Shown piece by piece: positions 11,496-22,895 of a stretch of 64,000 nt of DNA. The notes below the pieces were generated by a model. The model saw only the letters and a list, made by a program, of their open reading frames with translations, had not been told where the DNA came from and searched no databases. The position numbers were made by a program, and so were the translations under genes. The stretch's first letter is position 1; each line of letters starts with the position of its first letter. This stretch comes from Macrostomum lignano (taxonomy: Eukaryota), in assembly GCA_002269645.1 (NCBI GenBank), contig NIVC01001176.1, positions 62,001-126,000 on the forward strand, in the 5' to 3' direction.

Positions 11496-12657
11496 CTACA
11501 AGCGGCTAGTGTTCAAGAATGGCGAGTGCAACATCTCGCACTACAACATTAAGAAGAGAAAGCGCCGCTTTCTAGCGGACATCTTCACCACCCTGGTGGA
11601 TATGAAGTGGCGCTACACCCTACTGCTATTTGTGGTCACCTTCATCTCTGGCTGGCTGTTCTTCTCACTGATGTGGTGGCTGATCTGCTTCGCCCACGGC
11701 GATCTCGACGACAAGCGACCACTCGGCTTTGTGCCCTGCGTCATCAAGTTGGACAACTTTTCAGACGCGTTGCTGTTCTCGATTGAGACTCAGCAGACCA
11801 TTGGCTATGGCTATCGCTATCCAACTGATCGCTGTCCAGAGGCTGTTCTCATGGTGATGACGCAGAGCTGTTTCGGCGTTATTATCCAGGCGCTGATGAC
11901 CGGCTTGGTGTTTGCGAAGTTGTCCCGTCCGAAGAAGCGCGCCGAGACGCTGATGTTTAGCAAAAGCGCCGTGATCTGCAAGCGCGACGGTCAGATGGTG
12001 CTGCTGTTCCGAGTCGGCGACATGCGTAAATCGCAGCTGATCGAAGCCCACGTCCGCGCCGTCCTCATCAAGAAGCGCATCACCCGCGAAAACGAAGTGC
12101 TACCTCTTGAACAGTTCGACATCGATCTTGGCTACAACGACGGCTACGATAGATTGTTCCTGGTGTGGCCGATCATCGTCGAGCACAAGATCGATTGTAA
12201 TTCACCGTTCTGGGAGATCTCGGCCGACGACCTACAGACGGAACAGTTCGAGCTGATTGTGATGCTGGAGGGCATCATCGAGTCAACTGGCATGACCACG
12301 CAGGCCCGTTCCAGCTACCTGCCGTCTGAGATCCGCTGGGGCCACCGGTTTGAACGGCTGATCACCTATCAGAAGGACAACGGCGAGTACCAGATCAACT
12401 ATGAGAAGTTCCACGCCACCCGAGAGATCCCCCGGTTCCCGCGCTGCTCTGCCAGGGAGCTGGTCGATTTTGCCGGCGACGAGGAGAACTCCTCGGCCAT
12501 CGGGTTTATCTCGGACGAGGACTGTTCGTCGACTAGGACCACGAATGCCGCCACTGCTGCAGCCATGGCCGTATCAGTCTCCGATGATGCAGCTGGCGGC
12601 TCAGTAGAACCATTGCCGGCAATGCCGCTTTCTGCATCTTTTCAGCGCCCAACTTGA
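11496..12657 (+). CDS. Inward-rectifier K+ channel (Kir), main exon (TM1-pore-TM2 plus cytoplasmic domain)
   Basis: Acceptor cccttacAG at 11495. Motifs IFTTLVDMKWR, selectivity filter TIGYGYR, PKKRAETL, RVGDMRKS, VMLEG, QARSSY. Confidence 0.97.
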
Positions 12658-12878
12658 CCCACGGACAGCAAATTTCAGGACTTGGGTGACGGATGCGCAC
12701 AAACTCAACGATGAACTTTGGATTGTATTTTTTTCATCTACAATATTTGGAAAACACTACCGTCTGTTTAGTCCACTGATGACTAAGATCAAACATTTCT
12801 CCAGTCGTTGTTTGCCGGTAGTTCCGATAACTGTAATTTGAGTTCCTGTCCGTTGTTTTTTATTCTCATGCCTGTGTC

Positions 12879-13242
12879 CATGGGCGTCGCCACCGGGGGG
12901 AACAGGGGAGACATGTCCCCCCCAGTGAAAGCTACGGGGGCATGCCAATGCTTTGTCCCCCCACCCCACCTTGTTGACCCATTATGGAAATCAATAATTT
13001 TGCTTCAGGGCGACAAAACATAGCGCCTGCAGCACCAAAATGAGGGCCTGTGGCGCCAAAATGAGTACCTGTGGCGTTAAAATGAGTGCCTGTGGCGTTA
13101 AAATGTGTGCCTGTGGCGTTAAAATGATCGATGAGAACACCGATTCGGAAATAATGTACATGTAGGAATTTAGTCATTCGCATGTACATGTAGAATTCTC
13201 AGCTTTGTCCCCCCCACTATAAAATCCATGGCGACGCCCCTG
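12879..13242. mobile_element. Non-autonomous hAT-type MITE, 364 bp
   Basis: 14-bp TIRs CATGGGCGTCGCCA / TGGCGACGCCCCTG (1 mismatch). Flanks CCTGTGTC / GCTGTGCC (6/8, degenerate 8-bp TSD). Internal ~21-bp tandem AAAATGAGTGCCTGTGGCGTT at about 13037-13125. Confidence 0.75.
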
Positions 13243-16200
13243 GCTGTGCCACACCCCCTCAACTCTCCCTGTTTGTCTAATCGCATTGGTGTACGAATCT
13301 AGATTGTATTGACAGTTTGTGTTTACAGCTAAACAGGAATAGTTTAGCAGAGGATCTTGCAATAAAGCACTTTTGGTACTCTATGTTACTCGTAGTATTA
13401 CACGTCTAGATATGTCTATTCAACAATTCAATAATTAAGAAACGTAAATAAATCGGTATACCGGTATTATTTGATATGACACATTTTTACGCCGGCTGTG
13501 AAGGCTTCTTCATCAAATTTGACGAGCATCAGACACTTTATCGACTAAATTATTAATTGTTGTCAGGCTGTGAACTAACACTTAAGACTTGCAATTGTCA
13601 TAATGCGAATGAAGTGTATTTTGCTTTTACTGCCTGCGTTTTTCGAGCTCAAATACGCTTGTTTCTGATGGTTGTGCGCCTAGTCGAAAAATGTTTTATT
13701 GAGCGCAGTATTAATCTGTTTCTACATCAGTTTTATAACGGAGTCGGCTTTTCTATTGTATGTTATCCATTTCCCTATGCAAAAAACCTCTCGTTGGTAA
13801 TCCGAGTGCACCTACGTTAAAATGCGCGCTTGAATGCTTCTTTATTCGCGCTTTGAAGCTGTCAATACCTTTGAAGGATGTTTTACTGTGGAGATCATTT
13901 TACGAGCTACTATCAGATACGCTGCATCACCACGGGAATTGCTTGTCTTTGCAGCAGCCTATCTGAGGAGAATTGTTTGTCCGTTTTTACGACCGAATAG
14001 CAACTTTATTCATTTTTAGTATATAATTTAGTATATTTAGATTTTTGTATATTCGACATGGATGGGTATCCTACTATGAAATAATTTTTGTGCCATGTTT
14101 CTTATGCGCTGTGTTTTTATGACAAGTTTAATAGTTTATTCGATATTGTTGCGACTTCGATTTTAACTTTTAGCAGACTTTTCAGTTGAACAAATAGATT
14201 ATAGGCAAAAATGGTGGAACTGGTATGATGTAATTGCTTTTTTCAACTCATTTTCCTGCTAATTAATTGAAAGCTCATCATAGAAAGGGCTACAAAAGAC
14301 TGCAGAAAGGACTACAGTTTAAAATTTTGGACATGTCAGCTCTTGACTACTTGCAGTAAGTTAACTAGTATTATCTGCAAAAAGCGTTCGATAGATATCA
14401 AACTTATTAAGAACCTATTGTTCCAAAGTGTAGCACACCTGCCAACACATTCCATCGATGGTGCAGCAGAAAGCTGGGAATAATAGATGCGCTTAAACGA
14501 CCAACGAGGGTGCGCCCGATACAAAAAAATTATTCCATTTTGTTTCATGAACTTCTCTAATTTTAGTACTGAACTAGAGCGTTATGGACATTCAAGCAAG
14601 CATACAAACCTTAGAGATTTAGTATATTTAGATTAACTATGTAATATTATTATTAAATTTTTAATAGTCAATTTCGAAATTTGAGGCCGCTCTCCCTATC
14701 AACAACAAAGTCACAATTGTTTCAATGAACAATGAACAACTTTGTTGAACAGTTTTTGATGTTTTTCTAACATAAAAAAATAAAATTTACCCTTTGTTTT
14801 GTCTAAATTGCCGTTGCGTCTTAATGTCCTAAATGACATTAACACGCATCCCACGCGCGTGTTATTGTCACCAAAAGTGCATAGCAACAATGCGCCGATG
14901 GGTAGAGTTGAGCCATAGACTAAATTTCAGGAGATGAGACTTGTTCACTCATTGATTTCCTGAAAAAAATATTGCCTGTTTTGAAAAGTGGACAATTAAC
15001 ATTTCGACGGATTTTGCTTGATTGACGATGGTCTCCAGTAGCATTTCATGAAAATGGATAAACTTATGAGTAGCAACACCTCGAACGAAGCACAGCGTGT
15101 TCCCAACAACTGTCAAAGCAGGAAATCAATGTGCGCACCCGAGCACAGACTGCATTGCACACTCCCAGCTGAAGCAAGGCAAGAAGAGGTCTCGATTCGA
15201 CTGCCGCTCGCCATTCGTCGAGTATCCCCTCACCCCCCGAGTCTGAGACTCAAGAGTCGAGACCTGATCCGGTTTTAAGATTGAGATGAGGATGAGGAGC
15301 CTGTTTTTAGGCTTCGGTGACAACATCGTTCGAGCCTGATTTCAGGGTTAGGGGGTAGCGTTCGTCTGCTCCCGTGTTGCTGATGCGAAGCTTGGCAAGT
15401 AACTGATCTGATCCGTTTCGAGTTCGAGTTGAATCGATCTGCAAGTTGTCTTGCTGCTTCAACAAGTGAATGCGGTGCGCCTCTGGCTAACAGCAGCAAG
15501 AATGATTGTTTTGTAAATAAGTCCACTTTGTACTTTTAGTGGTCTGGTTTGGCTTATCGGGTTTATTGGCTTAGTGTAACTTTATTTGCCAATTTGTTAA
15601 TAAGCAAAACTGAAGAAAGTTATGAATAAGCACTCAATCAGTTGCGAAACTGAAATGGTGTGGAAAAGTAATTCTCCACTCAAAATTTACGGTGCTCGTA
15701 AACTTAGAAATTTTGCGTGTACATTACAATGTCAACCAAAAGTTGTCAAGGGGTAAAAAGCATAATAAAACGCTGCTTGAAATTCGAAATATGATTTTAT
15801 AAGTCAGAGCAAATCCAGAATGGTTTCTGTTTAACTTTTTCAATTAAAAATCAGGTGAAAATCTAAAATAATTTTTCGGCTATGCTATAGGCTAAATCAG
15901 GCTGCTGTGTACACACATACACAGTGCACGCAGTTTTAGCTGCCTGAAGTGTTGCACGCGCGCGCGAGCATGAATCGCGAATGTGCAAGAGAGCTCGACA
16001 GTCAAATAAAGTGCTTTTTTTCATTTGCGCCGATTTTCTAACTGGGATGCCTGCCACCCACCCCACTTAAAGGCGCAGTGTGCAAGTGCTGCAACGAAAA
16101 GCTAGATCTCCAAAACCAAGCTTTCAGAAGTCAAGCTTGTGGTCCGATCCGAGGATAATGTGATTTTGAAATCGACGGCCGGCTAAGGAGTGGCTTAAGC

Positions 16201-16976
16201 CTCACTATTCTAATTCTAACCTTCGCTTGTCCCGACTCCAACCCACCCCTCTCCACTTTGTCACCCTTTTCTACCCCTGTCTGTGTACATTAGGCTATTT
16301 TGGGTTGGAGTCGCGGTTAGCCCAATCAGATAGCGGCGAAATCATTGGGGGGGGAGGGGGGTTGGGGGCCGCCTGTTTTTATTGCACCCTTTTTATCTGT
16401 TTACGAAAATCACAGCTTTAATTGGTACAGCCGAGGGAACGCCTCTCTCGATCTTCGTGCGACCTTTTTGCAACTGTGATGTAAGGAAAGATTACTGTTG
16501 ATTTCGCTCTCTAATTGAAACTTTCGATCGCGCCTCTTGCTTGCTCAGTTTATTGCCAGAGGAACGACGGCCAAGCGTCGAAATATTTTCTTCAAGAAGG
16601 ACTACTAATCCTAGCGCAAGGCTCTTTCGAACGCTAGTTGACTCAAACAAACGAATTGTGTGGAACTGTAGTAAGTTTTCTTATAATACGGAATCGTCGC
16701 GCTGTTTATTGGAATTTTCTTCAACGTTAAATAATTAAAGTTTTGTGTTTGTCCGCATTGGTTATACGGGTGTACGAGTATCAGAACACACATGAATTGA
16801 GTCTGGCTACCTACCTATTTAACGAAAACCAAAATGAGACAGGCAGACACATCAGCATCTCTTCTCTCCTTCCTTCCTTAACCACGATGCTTCTCTTTAC
16901 TTATACTAGCCAACTCATCAAGGAATTAAGGATCGAGGCTGGAGCTGGTGTGTGAGGGAGTTCAGTCAGCTTCAGG

Positions 16977-17917
16977 TAGGGATTCCAAAATCCCGACATT
17001 TTACAATCCCGGGATTGAATAGTCCCGAAATCCCGATGCTGTTGAAATCCCGGGATTCAAAATCCCGGAATCCCGGTGCTTTTGCAATCCCGGGATTAAA
17101 AATCCCGGGATTCGATTCCCAAAAAAATCCCGGGATTCAAATCCCGGATTTTTGGCCCCAATCCCGGGATCCCGGGATCCCGGGATTGGAATCCCTAAAT
17201 TGCTAGACGGACTGTGCGGCGTGCCGCGTGCAGTAGTCATGGTCTCGCGACTCTCAGAGTCTCAGGGCCTTTTCATATTACCAATTCCAGAACCAGAATC
17301 GGTTCGGAATACGAAGAAAAACAGCAGTATAACTATTAAACTCTGTTAATATTTGACTGCCTTAACAGCCTCACTTAGCACAATTTTTCACTTTCTTCTT
17401 GGCGACTGTCATTCAATAATAAAAACTTTATAGCACGTATCTCCCTCTAGTTATGGAGACAAAAAGTTTATACTTCACAAATTGGTTCTTGTTCTGGAAC
17501 CAGAGCAAGCAATATGAAAAGGCCCTCAGTCTCGTCTCGTGGTAGAAAACGAAAAAAAAGTTAAAATAATCTATAATTTACAGTTCACATTAACAATTTT
17601 TAGCTCAATTAGGACAGGAGCTTTGCAAATGTTTAACGTTTCATTGAGAAACAGCAAAAACAAATAAATGTTTTATTATTCAAATAAACGTTTAGACTTT
17701 AAATTATCTAATTTAGGCATTGAAAGGTCGTTCTAATCCCGGACCAATCCCGGGATTAAGGCCTTGAAATCCCGGGATCCCGATCCCGGTCTTTTGCAAT
17801 CCCGGGATTAAAAATCCCGGGATTCGATTCCCAAAAAAATCCCGGGATTCAAATCCCGGATTTTTGGCCCCAATCCCGGGATCCCGGGATCCCGGGATCC
17901 CGGGATTGGAATCCCTA
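16977..17917. mobile_element. Composite non-autonomous hAT element, 941 bp, with an internal duplicate of its right end
   Basis: TIR TAGGGATTCCAA (16977) / TTGGAATCCCTA (17906-17917). Perfect 8-bp TSD GCTTCAGG at 16969-16976 and 17918-17925. Many ATCCCGGGAT palindromes. A second right end at 17079-17197 is identical to 17791-17917 except for one 8-bp unit. Confidence 0.9.
17265..17525. mobile_element. PIF/Harbinger (Tourist)-like MITE nested inside the hAT element
   Basis: Perfect 15-bp TIR GGGCCTTTTCATATT / AATATGAAAAGGCCC, extended by an imperfect TTCCAGAAC inverted block. 3-bp TSD TCA at 17262-17264 and 17526-17528. Confidence 0.75.
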
Positions 17918-18795
17918 GCTTCAGGCTCAGCCTCATCCATCTATCACTCCTCAAGCGCTCCCAGCAGCAGCACACAATCGTGCCTTGCGCTCGTGCTGCG
18001 AATGCGTAGAGACGAGAGCCAACCGGCATGCTTATCTGATACACACTAATAATAGAGCTCTCACACAATGCTTCATCCAACCCAGTACAACTGCGCAACT
18101 CCCCAAGTTGTTACTGATGCATTTCTCTCTCTATTGAGCCTATTCTACTCTGCTATCCTCGTTGAGTTTCAGAAATTAAGTTCTCCCTCCCCAAACTAAC
18201 TCCGCTCGTCCACTCCCTGGCCGTCCCGCGGTGTCCGGAGGAGGGAGGAGAAGGCCGCGACGCGACGCGAGGCTCAAAGGAGAGAGAACTGGGGCGGGCG
18301 CCGGAATCGGGGCAGAGAGGAGGGGAGGGGAAGAAAGGAAAAGGTTTTGAATCCCCGCGCTAGATTGGGGTGGGGCGTGGAGACAATACGAAGCGAGCGC
18401 GCGAAAGGGTTCGAGGAGGCGGGGTTGAGCTGAGGTGGGAGTTTGAGCAATGGGTCTGAAAGGTGGCAAGGTAGCCAACCAGAGCTGGGGCAGGGGGTCT
18501 GGGACTGGGGGAGGCTCGGACGAATTGGCATTTTCATAAATAAATAAGCAGGCCCTGTCAACAAGAAGGAGACTCCCAGAGCGGGTCTGGAACCCTCCTA
18601 CCAAAAAACAATTCATCCCAAAATTTTTCAAAGCCCTCCACAGCAGAGACCCGTTGGAGACAAGAGTTTTAGGGAGCAGGCCGCATTAGACCCACAGAGT
18701 CAGCCTCCGACATCGCTAAGCCGGCATTCATTAATCCATTGTCTTTATTGTCCATTGTCCAGACCAAGCAAGCCGCTTTGCCAGACGCCAGCAAG

Positions 18796-19599
18796 ATGTC
18801 CGAGCCACTTGTACTGAGCAGCAGCGCCGCCGCCGTAGGCTCAATGGTCGGCAGTCCGAGCATCGGCGGAGCCAGCGACGCCACTGGCCCTGACAGTCCA
18901 ACGTCCGACGCCGTGTCGTCCGTTGCGGCGGTGCTGACGGGCTCGGCGTCGCCGCAGCAGCCGCAGACGCCGCAGACTCAGGCTCCGCAGCAGCAGCAGC
19001 AACACGTTAAGTCGCAAGCCAAGAAGTCCTTCGTGTGGCGCTACTTCACCCACCCGATAGACGAGACGAGCGGCATTCAGGACGTGAAGAAGACGGTCTG
19101 CAGCATCTGCAACGCTGTCTTAGCCTTCAACAACTCGGGCACCACCACCACGATGTTGAACCACCTGAAGAGTCGTCACGGCGACGTGGCCCGGCAGGAG
19201 GAGGAGCAGAAACGCGGCCGTGGCAACGGCCCCGCACCGGTTGTCAAGGAGAAGTCGGGCAAGCCGGCATCCGCCGACCAGGCGTCGCCAGCTTCCGCAG
19301 CGTCGGCTGGCAAGCAACAGCAGCAGAAGACTAGCAGTGTTTCCGGCGGAAAGTCGACTCCGAATTCGCAGCAGACTCAACAGCAGCCGCAGCAGCAGCA
19401 GCAGCCTCCGCAGCAATATCCCTTGCCATTGACGGTGGCGGTGAAGCCGGACCAGGTGCAGCAGGTGCCCTCTGTGAAGTGCGCTACGGAATTCGGCACT
19501 GGCGGCAATGCTGACGGCGGCGCAGTCAGGGGCGGCGGCGGCGGTCGCGCGTCCGGCCTGCCGCAGCACGGAGGCTCCATTGGGCACGCTATGGACAAG
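18796..19599 (+). CDS. BED-finger protein domesticated from a hAT transposase (ZBED/DREF-like), coding exon 1
   Basis: Acceptor AG at 18762, ATG at 18796. BED finger KKSFVWRYF...VCSIC...MLNHLKSRH. Donor AAG|GTAAGG at 19600, phase 0. Confidence 0.9.
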
Positions 19600-22190
19600 G
19601 TAAGGAACGCTCCCCATTCGTTCTGGTGGACCGACCTGCAGGGGCCCGCAATTTTCGGAATTTCCGCTCCCGAAGGAAACTAGCCAGCCTCCCCATGCAG
19701 TCCCCCATCATCTCCTTCCTCCGCCTGCATCTCTCCTCTTCTCCCCCTTTATTGAATGCCCTTCCTCGTGCGACTCCCTCTGGGCCTTTCACTTTTTCGC
19801 GCTTCTTCCACCAGATTTTTTTCTACTCTTTTGCTACTTTTTTCGGACCATGAGCTGAAAGGCGTGCAATGGGACTTGGATTGAGTTGAGTTTTGTGCGC
19901 CGGGAAGAAAGAGGAGTTTAGCGTTGGGGATCAATCTGTCGAGTCCTCTCACGGCCTTACCAAGGTCTTCCCATAATCATCATCAGAGTCCAATTTCTCC
20001 CACCTCTGTCAACTCCCCGGGGGGCCTTGGGGTTGGTGGCAACTAGCAGGAAGGCCCGGCTCTCCACTTGAGGCTGCGGGCCCCCCGGGGGCGGCCGCCC
20101 TAAGCCCGGTTCACGCGCGCACAATGAATTGAGCGCCCCGACTTTTTTTCGAAAACTCCTCCGGTGTTTAAAGTGGTATTGGGAGGGGAGGTGTTTTTTC
20201 ATCTACTCAAAACGCAACCAAGCCCCGGAGCAAGTGCGAGCTGTGCGGTGCTCAGGACCCCCGGTTCTGCCCTCAAAAAGTTTTTTTATAGCCAGCGAAG
20301 TCGGCCATTGTTAAGCCTTGGTTCCAAAGCAACATTGATGAATTGGCCTCTGTCCCCTGCTCCTTCTCTTCAGTTGTGTGCGGTGCACAATACCTATTCT
20401 CTCCTCGTCTGCGCCGCAACTTCATCCCGTCAAAAAAGCACCCCTGCCCCCTTGGTATGCTCGCTTCGGCCGCCCTCCCCCCCTCGACCGCAAGCTGCGC
20501 TGCTGCATTGGATCGCTTTTCTGTTCCACTCCCCAATTGCCTTCTCCTGGAAGCGGAGCCTCGTTTCTGGTCCGCGACCCGGAAGTCGAAGAGCCCGCTT
20601 GAAGAGCCCCGGTGGGGCCGCGGCGCTCGCTCACAGCTCATTCCCCCTGTTCCAATGGCCCCTCCTCTGCGCGGATGAGACCCGCTTCTAGATTAGGCCT
20701 GCAGCCCTGGCGCCAAATAGAGGCTCCGCTTTGGGTCTGGCGCTGATCAGAAATCAGTATGAGTAAGTTTGTGCCGCTAAGTGACCTAATACAGTCGCAT
20801 TGCATTGATGCTGCAGCACGCACCCCACTTCAACCCCCTCAAATAAGGTGCTGCAAGTCATTTTTCATCAATGAATTACCCTTCTAACTAGTACTACATT
20901 ATTTCATTCACACTTCAGTCCCTGAGTCAGTCTCTCTTTCTCTCTTGTCCATTGTGCAACTCCATCAATTAGAATTTCAAACTGCAATCGCTAAATTCAT
21001 GGATACAGAACTTTGTAGTTTTTCGTGTTGCTAAGTTAAAAAATTTATTCGACAGACTAAGATCAGAAATTAGTGATAGAAAAGACGGAGCCAGACCAGC
21101 TGTTTCCATCCCAGTCGCTCTCCCAGTCCCAGACCGCAGGCAGTGAGAAAGTAACATTCGAGCATCACCTGTTGCCAGCCCCTGCCTGCTCTGCTAAACC
21201 AGTTCTCTCCCACTACTCGAGGCCCACTCGAGACCGATTGGAGACTCAAAGCCTCGATACACAGACAGCTTTTATTCGTTTCGAACAACAAAGCCGCCCA
21301 CCCCCCCCCCCCCAATTCGAATTGTTTTCATTTTATAACCCGCCTGTTCTTGTCACGACCTCCCCTTCGCCTGGCTCAATTGTCTGGGATGAACACGAAA
21401 AAAAACTGTCTGCTCCGTGAGTGCAACGGTGAGAAAGCGATTTTAGGAGAGACGAAATAAAAACTTATAAAACGATGACGTGAGGGAGGATCTGCTGTGT
21501 GCGGTTTTTAGAATGAAGGGCCCCGGCTTTAAGAGGGAAGACTTTCAACGATCCCGATGAGCTATCGAGGAGGAGGGCGTGTGGCATGCGTAAATAGGGC
21601 TTAGAGAAACTGAGGGGTCGAGCACGGGACGACGAAGACGCGGGGGTGCGCAAACAGGCGGGATGTGACTGGGAATTGGGATTCGAGCAAAAATGCGGGC
21701 CGGCCCGGCCTCCTAAACCTCCGGAGTTCGCTTTTTTCGCTTCTAAAAGCCTGCGGGGGGACTTGTGGGAGCGGGAGAGACGATGGAGGCGACTCCAGCG
21801 AGTTTTCCTTGAGCCGAGCCCACACAGGATCTGGTTAGGGTCTGGGAGGACAATATGCGGAATCATTATAAAGCGGCCTGGCAGAAATAAGCGATGGGAT
21901 AAAATGGGAAAAAGAGGGAAAAGGAAAACAAATAGGTAAGCGGGAGGCTAAGCAAATCCTCCCGCTGAAGTTTAGATTATAATAATATTGCTCGCTCGAT
22001 TAGCTCAGAGCGAATCGCTTCCTCAAGCAGACTCCACAGCTCAGGCAACACTCGCGATTTCCCATCGAGTTCGAAAACAATTTATGCAGCAAAATGCTTT
22101 GCCGTTTGGAATTTGGAATAATTCAGTATGGTGCTTATGAATATTTCATACCTATACATTGTCAACATGCCGTCTTTTCCATCTTTTCAG

Positions 22191-22246
22191 TCCGTTCTTC
22201 AGCAGCAGCTGCAACAGCAACAGCAGCTCCAGCAGCTTCAGCAGCA

Positions 22247-22283
<37 letters not shown>

Positions 22284-22895
22284 CAGGTGCCAGCGCAGGC
22301 GATGCAGTGGCACGCGGCAGCGGCGGCAGCCCCGCCGGCAACAACAGCCGCTGTTCAGGACTTCTCCGCACTGTTCCTGCCCAGCCACTGCTTTCCTGGC
22401 ACCTTCCCGCCGCTGGGCGGCAGCCACCTAACCCTGCAGGATGTGCTGTACTCGAACGCTCTGGCGCAGATGTACCCCACAATGGCGCTGGCCAAGGGAG
22501 TCTACCGGCCCGCCAAGCACCAGTCGCCTACTAACTTTGGAGACGACTATTCTAGCGCCGATCCAGCTGTTAATAATCCCACAGCTAATAATAATTCAGC
22601 CACCTCAGGCATCGGCGGTAGCGCCAGCCTGTCGGCGGGCAACGGTGGCGTCGGAGTCAGCGGCCCGCCGGACCCGAAGCGGGCCAAGCGGAAGGCGCCG
22701 GCACCGTTGCGCAAGACCGGAGGCGGCCCGACGGCGGCGGCGGCGGCTCCGCACACGGCGACTGGCCAGCCGGGCGAGTCGCCTACACCAGCGGCTGGTC
22801 AGTGCCGCGACAATCCGATCGGGGCTGAGAAGTTCGTGCACTTCCTGGCCAGAGACCTGCTGCCAACGGACACCCTGTATCAGCCTGGCTTCTTG
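22191..22895 (+). CDS. ZBED-like gene, exon 2 (polyQ, NLS-like PKRAKRK, start of the hAT dimerisation/DNA-binding region)
   Basis: Acceptor cttttcAG at 22190, donor TTG|GTGAGC at 22896, 235 codons. FVHFLARDLLPTDTLYQPGF resembles hAT FIAKDLRPFSIVEDEGF. Confidence 0.88.

Noticed and set aside
15048-15526. Short ORFs in a GC-richer patch, including 15275..15526 minus
   Set aside because: No recognisable domain or convincing splice pair. May be a TE relic but cannot be supported.
16561-16670. Possible 5' UTR exon of the BED gene (ttgccAG ... TA|GTAAGT)
   Set aside because: Splice-like signals only, with nothing linking it to the acceptor at 18762.
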